Shown: piece after piece, positions 13,467 to 26,631 of the stretch | Numbering within the stretch: position 1 is the stretch's first letter | Layout: the number at the start of each line of letters is the position of its first letter | Assembly (NCBI RefSeq): GCF_006345805.1 | Contig: NC_043008.1 | Span: 38,006,001 to 38,070,000, forward strand | Direction: 5' to 3' | DNA: 64,000 nt | From: Octopus sinensis | Lineage: Eukaryota | Position numbers and translations under genes: made by a program | Notes under the pieces: generated by a model | Told to the model about the DNA's origin: nothing | Database searches by the model: none | The model's input: only the letters and a program-made list of their open reading frames with translations

Positions 13467-14856
13467 AACAACAACAACAACAACAACAATCTTTTCTACT
13501 CTAGGCACAAAGTCCGAAATTTTTGGAGTGGGTGCCAGTCGATTAGATGGAGCCCAATACACAACTTTATCAACCCTGAAAGGGTGAAAGGCAGAGTCGA
13601 CCTCAATGAAATTTGAATTCAGAATGTAAAGACACACAAAAAACAGCATTCTCACAGACTTGCAATGTTGCTCGTCATCAGAATGCCAGCTCCACGGAGC
13701 TGGTCTCAGTCGCGTCCTTTCTGGTCGGAAGCCGGGGGCCAAAGAGAGAGAATAGCGGTCAAGCCTAGCTGCTGCTGATGACTGTGCATGTGCATGAGGG
13801 ACTTCTTGCAGGCCCATCAGAAGACTGATACTTGCGCATGCGCAGATGAAAATCCCAAAATTGTGTCTGAAACTTGGCGTCACCACAAATACAATGACAG
13901 TTACAGTCTTCTCGAAGAAAAGACAGAGTTGTTATGGCTTGAATGCTTTTGATCATAGGCCTAGTTGATCAGAGATGACCTGGGGTTAAACGATAGCATA
14001 AACAACCAAGAAACATTTAGATGTTTGGTGCTTTTAACTATTGAATGCAATGAAATCAAATTAGTGAGTTAGTCAGTGTAGCAAGAGAGTTGTAGCTGTT
14101 TTTAAAAATATATAGAAGCATTCATATTAACACAATGTGTTTGTCTGTAAGTAGACATTGAGTAGCCTTACCCTCCCTTAGCCTTACTCTCCCACAGCCT
14201 TACTCTCCCTCAGCCTTACTCTCCCTCTCTCTCTCTCACACCTTCTTCTTCTCTCCTTCTCCTCCACATTATTAATAAATTCATACTAACAACTAATGAA
14301 ACATTTGTGATTTATTGCCTCACATGGATAGAATTTATTTTAATTCATTTATAAACTATAAATCATCTCACATCAGAGATTATCTTGGGAGTCACATAAT
14401 ATTAGTGCTGTCTATTTAAAACACACAAACACACATACATGCTCACATACTAATGCCTTACATTGTCACGAGGTTAAACATTTTGAAGGTGGGTAGAGTT
14501 AATTAAATTGACCTCCAGAACTTACTCATTTCATTCACACCAGAAGGATAAAAAGCAAAATAAACCCTACTAAGACTTAAATTCAGAACCTGATGTTTTG
14601 AAAAGGATATAGCTAGACATTTAAAAGAAGGCTGTCCAACAGTCTTCTGATTTTAACTTGCATTTTCATATATATGTATCCATGTTTATATATATATATG
14701 GTGAGCTTCTTTCAGTTTCCATCTGCCAAATTCACTCGCAAGGCATTGGTTGGCCTGAGGCTATAGTAGAAGACACTTACCCAAGTTGCCACACACTTGG
14801 ATTGAACCTAGAACTATGTGGTGATAAGCAAGCTACTTACCACACAGCCACTCCTG

Positions 14857-14891
<35 letters not shown>

Positions 14892-14959
14892 GTATATGTA
14901 TATATAACTCACCCACTCCCTTATACATCTTTTTTTTCTTTTTTTGTTTTCTTATATTC

Positions 14960-15415
14960 CTAATTTCTCTTCGCAATTATATTCTCCACTCAAATTGTGT
15001 TCTCTGCACATTCTGATTGAAACTCATGTGTGCTGACATGGGCCTCCTAACGTCAATGTAAACATCATTTAATCAAGATAGTCTTAGCCTGAAGAGTAGC
15101 CTGCACTAGACACCTCCCTAGGATATTTACCACTTTCAAGGTTCTGCTCAGTATGAAACACATGTAGCCCAAATTTTATGTACTCTATTCCTTAACTCTT
15201 GGGTATTTTTTTCACATACCTGGCAACCTGATTGTCTACTGTGAAATTTAAAATAATTTTTTTCAGCTTATCATACTTTGATAAGATAAAAATCCACAAC
15301 CTTCCACCCAATAAATCACTATTGTTCCAAAAAGTTTTTCTTATATTTTCTACAGATTGCTTGCAGCTTCCTTTCTTCCTACATCTTGTTCCTTAGATCT
15401 TACATTTATATATCT
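14960..15415 (+). mobile_element. Penelope-like element 3' remnant with hammerhead motif (15086-15169)
   Basis: agc-CTGAAGA (15089)...cagtat-GAAAC-acat-GTA-gc. Homologous pieces occur at 29375-29432 (inverted) and 29433-29490 (direct). Confidence 0.55.
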
Positions 15416-16232
15416 ATATATAAGTATATATACATACAAATAAATTCGTATGTTTGTATGCATATGTATATATCTACATGTAGGTATATGAATGTATACA
15501 CATAGATATGTATGAATCGGTTAACGTAAAAAAGGGAATATATGAGTAGCCTTATTGTTCACGATTGTTTTGATCCATATTGCATCAATCCTTCACAGGT
15601 AGTATACTGTACATCTGGTTGTGGTGGAACTCTCAGTTCAGAAGTGTCCACTCAGGTGATTTTACAAGGAGTGTCTCATTAAATAAATCCTGTTCCACTC
15701 GGTTTTAATACAGCATTTTGTTAGTGACTGTAGGTTTTAGCCCTTGGGCAGGAATGACTAAAATGATGTAAGGCAAAGTTGTTCTTAGTTGATTTTGAAC
15801 TCAGGCCACAGAGATTCAGAACAAATACCACAGCTTCCTTAATTCACTGCCTCTTCATCAGAACCAGCAGGCTTTACAACTAGTTTAGGGGATTCAGCAA
15901 TAGGATGCTAAGGCTTTCATCCAGTTGGGAACCAACAATGGTTGAATGGAGATGAACACTGAACACATGTTTTCCATATGTATTGAAATTACTATTTTCC
16001 TGTGGCCAGCGAGTTGAATGACATTACAGATAGACTAGCATATTTAAATGCCATCATCCTGTTTGTATTAGCACTAAAGACTTGATCTGTCTGTGTGAGT
16101 ATTATGATTAAACATTCACTTCTGCGTGTGACTTGAAATAAATTACTAAAAGACTACCATATGTAGATACATACAGAAACACTGTATGTGTGTGCATGTG
16201 CGCATATGTGTGCATAAGTATGTATATGTTTA

Positions 16233-16291
<59 letters not shown>

Positions 16292-16502
16292 TCATCATCA
16301 TCATCATCATTTAATGATTTGGACTTTGAGTATACAGTTAGTAGTTTGCCATTTAAAGCACTTTCACTGTTTAGGCTACCTAATGTTATCCACAATTTTG
16401 ATACAAGTGTCAATGGATCTACCTCAGAAATTTCACAGTGTTTGTTAAACATATATATATAGTATATGCATATAGTATATATATATAATATATATGTGTG
16501 TT

Positions 16503-16534
<32 letters not shown>

Positions 16535-16687
16535 ATATATATATATGTATATGCTAATATCATAAACCAGTATATATCATAACTGAATGCCTCAATTCAT
16601 CGTGTGTATGGTAATGAGACCATCATTATTGCATTTAACACGAGAAGAATTAGCTAAAGATTTCTTTCCCCAACTCTCTTTTTCTGT

Positions 16688-16729
<42 letters not shown>

Positions 16730-17093
16730 CGTGTGCATGTGAGGAGTATATATACACAGAGACATATATATAGCTGTATGTATGTACATATATGTGCACA
16801 AGAGAGAGAGAGAGGGGGGTTATATAATGAGTATGTCTTTTTTTTTTTGGTACTGAATAGACATGAATGGGTAATATATCTGTGTTTTTCCTAAAATAGA
16901 GTTGACTTTTTTACGGTTCCACCAGTCTACAATCTGAAATTGATACTTTTATATATCGATCCCAAATGTAAAGTTGACTTCGGTGAGATTTGAGCTCAGA
17001 ACACAAAGCATTGCGACAAATACTCTAAAGTATTCTGTCTGATAGTTGCTCTGATGACCCTACAAACTAACCACCTCTATGGCCATGTGCATA

Positions 17094-17300
17094 GAGTGCT
17101 GTAGACAAGGATCACAAACAGATTCCTCAAGCCAAGCCAACTGACAGATGACTGAGAGGTAGACCCAGACGATATCCATAGTCTCACTTGGTCATGCTTG
17201 AGAATCCAGATGGTTGCTTCTGATGGAACCCTATGAGGGAGAGGCCCAAGGTCCCTATTCTCAAGATTTGGATGATACACTGATTAAGAAGGAGTTATGA
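17094..17300 (+). pseudogene. ancient RTE LINE C-terminal remnant
   Basis: Frameshifted translation LYGHVHR...QAKPTDR*LRGRPRR resembles the RTE WYGHVxR...RPRGRPR motif. Confidence 0.55.
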
Positions 17301-17510
17301 CTAGAATAAAAAAAACATGCTGATAGTCTATTGCTTCCTGAAACTGAACTGCAAGGGAGTGGGAGATGTTTTTTTGCCTCATCCAATTAGATGTATTTGA
17401 GTGCAACTACATGTTCCAGATTAGATTCCAGTTTGAGGAGTGGACAGCAGTTAGAGTCATGGAATGCAGGAGTGGTCACATCAAACCTTCTTCACTCCTC
17501 TCTCTTTCCC

Positions 17511-17554
<44 letters not shown>

Positions 17555-17559
17555 GGTAC

Positions 17560-17612
<53 letters not shown>

Positions 17613-17619
17613 AAACAAA

Positions 17620-18059
17620 TGTGGTAACATGTAACATTATTGACCGAGTTTACCGTGGTCTTTTCCGTAGGCTTTTCTTTCCACGGATAAACCTTATCTG
17701 CTTCCCCCTTTACACTTTACATCATGACATTTCTGTGATACACGATACCTATTGAGCGTTTTTTTTCTTTTTCTTTTTTATCTTTCCCTTTTATGGCCCC
17801 TTTTGATCGAAAACCTACCCCACTTTTATTTTTCTCCCCAGAAAGAAAAGCTCTACTTTGTAATCTGTCCTGTCTGTGTGCAGCCCTGTGTGGCTAATAA
17901 AGAAACTTATCTATCTATCTATGTTTTTTTTCGATCCCTTTTGATCGGAATTTTACATTTGTTTCCTTTTTTCCCTTTTCTTTCCATCTTTGAACAGAAA
18001 AGCTCAACATTTGTATTTGTCCCCTCTGTGTTGAGCCCTGTGTGGCCAATAAAGAAAAT

Positions 18060-18060
<1 letters not shown>
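17620..18060 (+). mobile_element. family D retroelement 3' end (AATAAA) inserted in (CTAT)n, with a second partial tandem copy
   Basis: Reverse complement of 55672-55926. Ends in ...ccctgtgtggctaataaagaaac followed directly by (tatc)n. Confidence 0.75.
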
Positions 18061-18090
<30 letters not shown>

Positions 18091-19889
18091 CAAGATGCAT
18101 TTTATATAACCCTTTGTCCCATTTCTCGTTCTTTTAGGTAACTATACATGTACATCTTATGCTTTTGTAACATGTTATTAAATGTATGCATGAATTTTAG
18201 TTGCATAATAAAAGATCAAATCATCATCATCGTCGTCATCATTGATATTATTATATTTGTGTTTTGGCTTAAACATTTCTTGGAAGGTTCCAAAAAACTT
18301 AGGTATTATCAAGCTTTGCTGGATGAAATTTTTTTCTTAGGTGGATTAGAAACTTAGAATGACAACTTAGAAATATTGTCTCTCCCAATGGCTAAAGTAG
18401 ACAAAAGGTCTGTTTTAATGACAATATTTTATTTTTCTAACAAGTTTTCTTACATTTACAATCTATTCAATATGGTTTCACCTAGTAGCTCAAATAAGGG
18501 ATGATAACAAGAAAAGAAGTAAAGGCAGGTGTACATCCTCAGAAGAAAATTGTGAAATAATTGTTGAATACACCAAGAAGAAATTGTGATAAAATGTTGA
18601 ATAGATTTAAAAAAAAAAAATGATAAACAGAAGAAAAAACACAGTGAAGCAAATAGATATACACACAAGCATAAAACGCCACACCTGATAGCCATGGGCA
18701 CAAATGTCATGCATGAACAGATGTAAAAGCAACAATGATACAAACTTATGTGATATTAACAAAAGTGTTAATAACTTCTTTGCTAGCATCACAAGTAAAA
18801 GGGATGTTTCAGATAAGGGTTCAATTCAGTCAAAAAAAAGGGGAATGGCAACAGTGTGTTACAAAGGTATGTACCTTCTTGCTTGTTACATAACAACAGG
18901 CAAGGAGGAAAGTAATATGTCACTATTTGAAAATGCCTGAGATTTCCATATGTTCTTAAGGAAAACCTTTGATTATATGAGGCACAGCTTATGTTCCATT
19001 GCAAAGAGTAGGACATTTGGAGATGTTTGCATGGTTTTTAAAGTGATGTTGAGGCACAAAAAGCAGGTTAGACTGCATCCGTCCAGTAGTTGGTATTTTA
19101 TTGTATAGGATGACCTGACATGAAAGTCAGGTCATCCTGACATCAAAGGATGGTGGTAATGTTGATTTGGCTCATCATTATCTATATGGCAGCTCAGTTT
19201 GAGCAGGTGGTGAATGCTGAAGTGATATAGAATGACATGTTGGCATGTAGGGGTGAAGCACTATCATTCGGTTACCCCGCCACCATCACTTCCAAGACAG
19301 GAAGTTCAGCTGATACATGGGTTGCAGTAAGAGGCAGTTGTGAGTTTTTATATAAAGGAATTGGAAAACTGACAAAAGAGAGAAACAGACAACAGCAGAA
19401 GCATGAGCAACAATAATAAGAGCAAAGACTCCAAGACACTTAAGACGCAATAATGGAAGAAATCCCTTTGTCTTCAGTACCAGAAGCTGACAATTAGGTT
19501 CAGTCTTTGGAAACCAATGCTACTGTCTTTGGCAATGGGATGGAGATGGAAAATGGATAAAGATAGATAACTGATAAAATAATGGTAAAAGCAAGGAATA
19601 ATTAGAAAACAAAGACTCCTTAGCAAATACCCAAGCAAAAAGTGAGTAGGACATGCAAGAAGGAGCTCATTTCCTCCTGAAACTGGGGCTTTGTGACAAG
19701 ATAAGAATTATGAGTCTTGATCATAAAGTATAAGAAAGAAATATAAACTAGTGATATTGAAATTGTAATTTACTTCAACAGAGAAAAATAAGAAAATATT
19801 CTGGAAAATGCGTTTTCTTAAAGATTATAAGGTACATGTGTGTGTGTGTATATATGTATATATATATATATGAATATACATATGTATAT

Positions 19890-19931
<42 letters not shown>

Positions 19932-20831
19932 TATATCAAAATATATATATCAAAAGGATGCATTATAATAATATTCCACAGCAATACCAACAATGCAATA
20001 TATACTTCCATCATCAGCTGCCCCATGGATATCATTATGGTTTCAACACCTGGGCAGTACCATTCAATCGAGAGGTGATTACTCTCTGGGGTGAATCAAT
20101 TCTCGTAATGGATACACAACAGGATACACAACAGAAAGCACATATATATGTATGTATATGTCTCTCTCTTTCTTTGTCTCTTTCTCTCTGTCTCTCTCTC
20201 TCTATCTATTTATATGTATATATATATGTATATGTATGAATATGCTTGTACATATAAATGTATATATTTTAAAGTTTTTGCAAAAGATATTGAATACAGT
20301 TACAATATTTGCAGAAAGATTTTCTTAAAAGTTAACTATTTGAAAATCATCATCATCATCATCATCATCATTTAGCATCCGCTTTCCATGCTAGCATGGG
20401 TTGGACGGTTCAACTGGGGTCTGGGAAGCCAGAAGGCTGCACCAGACCCAGTCTGATCTGGCAATGTTTCTACAGTTGGATGCCCTTCCTAATGCCAACC
20501 ACTCCGTGAGTGTAGTGGGTGCTTTTTACGTGCCAGACGAGGCTGGCAACAGCCATGATCGGATGGTGCTTTTTATGTGCCACCGGCATGGAGGCCCGTA
20601 AATATTTTAAAAAATCAAAATGTCATGAACTTTTGAGAAGAAGTTTTCCTGTTATGTGTATTTTGTGTGTAAGCGCTTTCATTGTGTAACTTTTCATACT
20701 CACATGTAATCGGGATTAATCTGAATAGAGGAAGCTGGTTTTAAGTAAGGGTGTTGACAAGTTTTGGTTTAGTTTCTGATTTAGAGTTCTTACAAAGTAT
20801 TCTTCTTTTTGCCTTACAGGAATTACAGAAC

Positions 20832-21095
20832 AAAACATTAATCTACTACATCACCTGTTCACAACGCAACTAGAATTACATCAGAGAAACAGAACCAAAT
20901 TTGAGTGTACCCAAACAGCAAATTAAAAACTCGTCTCTTAGAGATGCTCCTTGTAATAAATATTTAGATATTTATGCAAATGGAAAATTCAAAATATTCC
21001 AATTTTACAAAATAAACAACGAAAAAGATCAACTAAAAAAGGCAAAAGAGGAATGCTTTACAAGAAATCTAAATCAGAAACTAAACAGGAAATAG
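20832..21095 (+). pseudogene. Penelope-like GIY-YIG endonuclease C-terminal remnant
   Basis: One frame reads KTLIYYITCSQRN*NYIRET...KQQI...PCNKYLDI...GKFKIFQFYK...KEECF...KLN*. This fits the PLE pattern LIYxIxCxxC..YIGET...KE..I...P.LN, with one stop and substitutions. Confidence 0.75.
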
Positions 21096-22055
21096 TCAAC
21101 ACCTCTACTTACAAATGACATTTTCTATACGAGTCAGCCCAGAACATGTGTGCTTGAAAAGCTAACAGTAAAAGCACTTACACACAAAATGCACACATTG
21201 TTAAAATTTCTTTCTCGAAGGTTTGTGACATCATGTTTTTAAGATATTTTAAAATAGTTAATAATTTTTAAGAAAAATTTTTATATATAGATATATTATA
21301 TATGTATGAACTTTACACTCCTTTCAAAGGATCCATATTCATACCAACTAACAAAAACATGGATGCTTCTTATGCACTCCAACACCTAAAATGCATGTTA
21401 GGACTGAATATTTAAAGTATCACTCAGAGATTTAAAACTAGTTGTTTTTCTCCTTTTGAGATCAGCGACTGACAGTTGCTTCAATAAGTATATACTGTAA
21501 GATCAGCTGGCTTCTGTCCCAAACCAGGCAGTTTTCTGGTACTGAAGAAGAGAAATTACCCAGAAACTATTGGTCTGCTGGTACTGCCTATGGCTAGTAG
21601 GGAGTAGTAAGCCTCCTTACTTACAGTATATCTCGGACACAGACTATGAATGTGTTGATAAACCAGCTTGAAAAGATGTTTTCTTGGGGTTAAAAAGTAG
21701 TAACATAGTCCTATGCAGAACGGCCACGATATTTTGGCAAATAAACTTCAATAAAGCAAAAGTCGATCAGGGTTATAATGGTGCCCAGGTGAAATCCAGT
21801 GGTTGCTTCTAAAGCATTTCTGACCAATTTGCCTAACCTTTGATATATTTATGATAATTTATTCATACTTATGCACACACACACACTCACGCACACACAC
21901 AGAGTAGAACTGGACAGATTTAAAATGATAATTAAAATGATATTCCCGACTTTATTATCAATATACTATTAGCTGTAGAATGACATAGAATGAAAGTAAA
22001 CCCTTGCAAACATTCACCCCTCTAGTAAATACGACTTAACTATCCTCTCACACCA

Positions 22056-22105
22056 CCTCTGATGAAGGGATATTATTAATAAATATCCTAGAAACAACTG
22101 TAAGA
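22056..22105 (+). ncRNA. type-I hammerhead ribozyme motif
   Basis: CTGATGA (22059), stem II gggatatt/aatatcct, GAAAC (22091), aact, GTA. Stem III is near-palindromic (acaactgt vs acagctgt). Stem I is short. Confidence 0.6.
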
Positions 22106-22311
22106 CCTTCTATCTATAAATGCTCTAATATCTACACAGCCTTGGTTTTTTATTTTATTATGCAAAAAAATCTTATATACACACACTGACATAGAACCAA
22201 CGTTGAACCCTTTATTTGCAATATTAGCGAATCTGGAACTTAACTATGGTCTGTCTATAGCACTTATTCAGCATTATCTGACACCTTTGGGTCTCAATGA
22301 CACCATTATAT

Positions 22312-22356
<45 letters not shown>

Positions 22357-22868
22357 CACACACACTATGAATAAATATTATGAAAAAATATGTTCCTTAT
22401 GAATAAATATAATGCAAAATTTAATAATGCTGCATGGGAAACTGCAGCACCAGTTACTTACCTGGACTGAGAGGAAATGTTTTATCATCTGAGAGCAATT
22501 TAAAGTAAAAATTGGACAGATTTAAAATGATATTCCCGACTTTATTATCGATATGTTATTAGATGTAGAATGATATAGAATGAAAGTAAACACTTGCAAA
22601 CATTCATTCCTCTAATATATATGATCATCATTGTCGTCATCATCATCATCGTCAGTGTTGTCATCACCCTCATTATCCTCATCATCATCATCATTTAATA
22701 CCTATTTTTCTATTTTTTCATGTGTTGGACAGAGGGTATTTGAGGCAGATCATTGTAAGGTTGGATGCCCTTCCTCTTACCAATCTTTATTTGTCCCCAA
22801 GCAAGGTAACATTTCCCCCATGTCCAATTCTGCCAGACTACTAGAAATGAATGACACTGCTTGTATGA

Positions 22869-23180
22869 GACCCCCTTTGGTCATGACTGACCATGGGATT
22901 GCATCCAGAAAGTTACCCTCCCAGGTACAAGTCCAGGCAAGGTTGTTTATGGAAGACCAGCAGTCGCCCATGCCACCGATGTTATCCAAGGGAAAGGCAA
23001 AGGCTGATAAAGCTTGGCTCCAGTGATGTCGCAGCTCATTTCTACAGCTGAGTGAACTGGAGCAATGTGAAATAAAGTGTCTTGCTCAAGAACACAATAC
23101 ATCACCCGGTCCAGGAATCAAACTCACAACCTCACGATCATGAGTTCAATGCTCTAACCACTGAGCCATGCGCCTTCACA
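22869..23180 (-). mobile_element. tRNA-derived SINE (V/CORE-like) nested in another SINE
   Basis: Minus strand has ggcgcatggctcagtggttagagc (A box), gagtttgattcc (B box) and tgtgttcttgagcaagacactt. TSD tgtatga on both sides. Confidence 0.8.
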
Positions 23181-24904
23181 TGTATGACAGTGGCAAAATT
23201 ATTTTCAACTCTTTTGTGATGCCAAGACTTAGAGGACACAAGCATACACACATGCACGTGCACGCACACAGACACACACACAAACACACACACAAGTATA
23301 TGCCAAGCCTCTTTCAGTTTCCCTCTACCAAAGCCATTCACAAGGCTTTGATAAACCTGGGGCTATAGTAGAAGACACTTGCTGAAGGTGTCATGCAGGT
23401 GGACTGAACTCAAAACCAAAGAAGGTGAGAAGCAAACTTAATTTTAAATACAAAATAGTTTTATTTGATGCATGTAAATGCTTCATCTAGTATCCAGTAG
23501 ACATGTATTGTGCATAATGGATTAACAAGTTTGAAGGATCAGATAGTGTCTGCACAGGTAAAATGGTATGATGAGGGGTGTCTGTTTACTTTTCAGATGT
23601 TTGTGTATCCATATAGAAGTCATCATAAGAGGTCTTCATATGTGATGTCTACGTGAAGTAGGAATTTTGAAATAGCATTTCTATAGTCATTGGTATATTG
23701 AGATTTGTTCATGTACAATATCAAACTTTCATTCATTGCTTAAAAGCAATTATGTGGTGTCAATAGATATAAAAAAAGTCTCACATATTTTTTGTATCAT
23801 CACATGTTAAGACCTTAATTCTGATACTGTTGAGTCTGTTGACATATTCAGAATGTAGCAATAAAAATTAGTAATTTTGTGATTCTGTTAATGTCACATT
23901 ATTACCAATTACTTTAAACCGAGATTTTCTTAAAGCCAGTTTGGTCCCTAAAATATTAATTTCTCAGTATTTTAGTTGATAAATGGTAATTTCAGTTGCT
24001 GATGTAATAATCCTTTCTACTATAGACACAAGGCTTGGAATTTGGTGGCATGATCCAAGTCAGTGACATTAACCTGCAGTGTGCAACTGGTACTGGTTTC
24101 ATTGATTGTGAAAGGATGAAACGTAAAATCAGCCTTGCTGGAATTTGGACCCTGAACATAAAGATGGTTGAGATTCCGCAAAGCATTTTGTCCAGCATGC
24201 TATAATGATTCTGTCAGTTCATCACCATTGTTACTCTAATAATAGGAAACTGTTATAATAGAAAGCATTCTAAGAGACAAAGAATGCTATATATAAATAT
24301 ACTACTGTGAAAGAGTAAAATGTTTGGTCTAGAAAGTTAGTAACTTTCTAAAAATTAATTTTAGAGATATTTCTTTAAAGTAAATCTTTAGTAATTGTTG
24401 TTATTGTTGGCATCTTATTGTATCTAGTAAATATATTTCAATGAGCTAGGTTTCATTTTTTCAAGTCTATCTATTAGCCACACAATGCAAGAATAGATTT
24501 AATATTTTTCTCTTCATTTTAATTAGTTTTGAATTTTTCTGTATTATGATTACAGAAAATTATGATAAATGATACTAATATCAAGTTTACAATGAAAGCT
24601 ATTATTTTATTTAAAATATCATCTAACACAATTTGAATAGAATAATTCACAATATAGAGGGCTTTAAATAGTTATCATGAACTTAGTAATCTCCTTGTCT
24701 GAGACCAGTCAATTCATTCACATTGAGTTCTTCATTTAAAACTGTTATATTGGAATTGGTTAAAGCGCAGCCACAGTGAAAGCATTTCTACATGGTCAAG
24801 TCCCATAACAGAACCACAAATTAATGAAACAATTTGTCAGTTTTATATTATGTTATATCATATTCTCCATTCATTGTAGTAAAACTTATCAATATTGTTT
24901 TCAC

Positions 24905-25300
24905 CAAATCTCTGAGGTTGAGGGCAAGAGTTCCAAACCAATAAATTCTTCCTTCTAAATGGCAGTTAACCTTGTCAATCTCTTCTGTAAGCGACATTGT
25001 TTCTGCCAGACCCTCAAGGTTGAGGGCAAGAATCCTGAATCAATAATTAACATACTCTTCTCTCTTTACTGTAGTTAAGCTTATAAAACTTCTCAATGAA
25101 ACAATCCTATTCTCAGCAATTCTCTCAAAGCAAGGGTTCCAAACCAATAAATACTTCCTTCCACATGGCAGTTATACTTATCAAACACCTCCATAACAAC
25201 AATATTCTTTTCAAGAAACCCTCAAAGTTGAGACAGTCTAAAACCAATATGTTCAATTTCATATGGCAGTTAAATATATATAATTCTCTTATAAAACTCT
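24905..25300. repeat. degenerate ~105-bp tandem repeat, ~4 units
   Basis: Recurring ggttgagggcaag / ccaaaccaataaat / atggcagtta motifs at ~105-bp spacing. Confidence 0.6.
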
Positions 25301-25526
25301 TCCATGGTACTAACTGTTACCAACATAGATGACCTTCACCAGTGTCTTAGAATTCCGGAGTTTATTGTTAGTCAAAATCAGCTGAATGTGTTTGCCATAG
25401 ATTCAAAGAAGAACTGGCAGTAGTTGGAGATAAAGATAATTCTATGGTTTTGGATCAATGATTGATACTTTATTGATTGAATCATCTGTAGAATTAATTC
25501 ATCGGTTTAACGCCTCCATTTGGTCA

Positions 25527-25624
25527 TTATCTGATTTTAGTGAAATCCAATTCATTGCAAGAATCTGGACAAGGTTTCCTGTTTGTCAAAAATTTCCTAC
25601 CATCCTCATGCCAGTCACAGAGGC
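25527..25624 (-). CDS. possible terminal coding exon (xLCDWHEDGRKFLTNRKPCPDSCNELDFTKIR*)
   Basis: cgttttgcAG acceptor. Open in phase 1, which is compatible with the 38576-38611 micro-exon. No recognisable homology. Confidence 0.2.
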
Positions 25625-25721
25625 CTGCAAAACGTCGAGTGTATTTCCATTCTTCCTTATCCAACCATTAGGAAAAGCAACAATCTCTTATTTCTATATT
25701 ACATACCTAGATACATATTTG

Positions 25722-25773
<52 letters not shown>

Positions 25774-26019
25774 AATATATATATATATATATAATTAATC
25801 AATATAGGGTGGCAAAAAAATTTTGTAGAATTTCTTTGCCACCAGCGGCCTAGTGGGAAAAAATTAAATAGTCATAGACCATTTATAAGTTCAACATCAC
25901 AATCAAGGAACGGCCATAATAGGCCATTCACCCACTAGAAATAACAGCCAAAGCTTCAACCGCAAAATAACATTAATTCCGCAAACCAGGAGAAAATTAA
26001 AAAAAACATTTACCCTGTA

Positions 26020-26126
26020 ATTTCTTATACGATGCACCGTTTCATCTATTGTTTAATGGTAAACTAACCTGATTAAATTAAATCAAGCCAATCTTCCATA
26101 GGCCCTTAGATTCGTCAGTAAGAAAT
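26020..26126 (-). ncRNA. type-I hammerhead ribozyme (mirror copy)
   Basis: Exact reverse complement of 26369-26475. Confidence 0.85.
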
Positions 26127-26368
26127 AGCCAGATCGGAACAGATATTTTCACGAGGCACTTCTGTCCCTGCCTCGGCAATATCTGACCTAAAATTTTCAA
26201 ATCATCGCACTCGCGCCAAATTTATCGGCAGCAAATAAATATAAGCCGGCTTATATTTATTTGCTGCCGATAAATTTGGCGCGAGTGCGATGATTTGAAA
26301 ATTTTAGGTCAGATATTGCCGAGGCAGGGACAGAAGTGCCTCGTGAAAATATCTGTTCCGATCTGGCT

Positions 26369-26475
26369 ATTTCTTACTGACGAATCTAAGGGCCTATGGA
26401 AGATTGGCTTGATTTAATTTAATCAGGTTAGTTTACCATTAAACAATAGATGAAACGGTGCATCGTATAAGAAAT
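26369..26475 (+). ncRNA. type-I hammerhead ribozyme
   Basis: Stem I atttctta/taagaaat (8 bp), core CTGACGA (26377), stem II atcta/tagat with a long loop, GAAAC (26452), near-palindromic stem III acggtgcatcgt, cleavage triplet GTA (26465-26467). Confidence 0.85.
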
Positions 26476-26596
26476 TACAGGGTAAATGTTTTTTTAATTT
26501 TCTCCTGGTTTGCGGAATTAATGTTATTTTGCGGTTGAAGCTTTGGCTGTTATTTCTAGTGGGTGAATGGCCTATTATGGCCGTTCCTTGATTGTG

Positions 26597-26631
<35 letters not shown>

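Larger units (their letters stand above)
25896..26598. repeat. spacer-less ~703-bp palindrome (Penelope-like inverted pseudo-LTR pair)
   Basis: Centre ataagcc|ggcttat at 26247/26248. The arms appear identical apart from an A8 vs T7 homopolymer. The left arm continues ~100 bp to a (TA)n tract; the right arm ends in (TA)n. Confidence 0.95.

Noticed and set aside
15598-15655. 57-nt plus-strand AG...GT segment (VVYCTSGCGGTLSSEVSTQ)
   Set aside because: Weak donor (GTGATT) and probably within a decayed repeat.
18500-19020. Possible decayed DNA transposase (NNFFASI resembling piggyBac DNFFTS)
   Set aside because: Similarity is too short and interrupted to support a call by eye.
19950-20140. Minus-strand CTGATGA and GAAAC in a (TA)n-bounded island
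   Set aside because: Order and stems do not assemble into a hammerhead.
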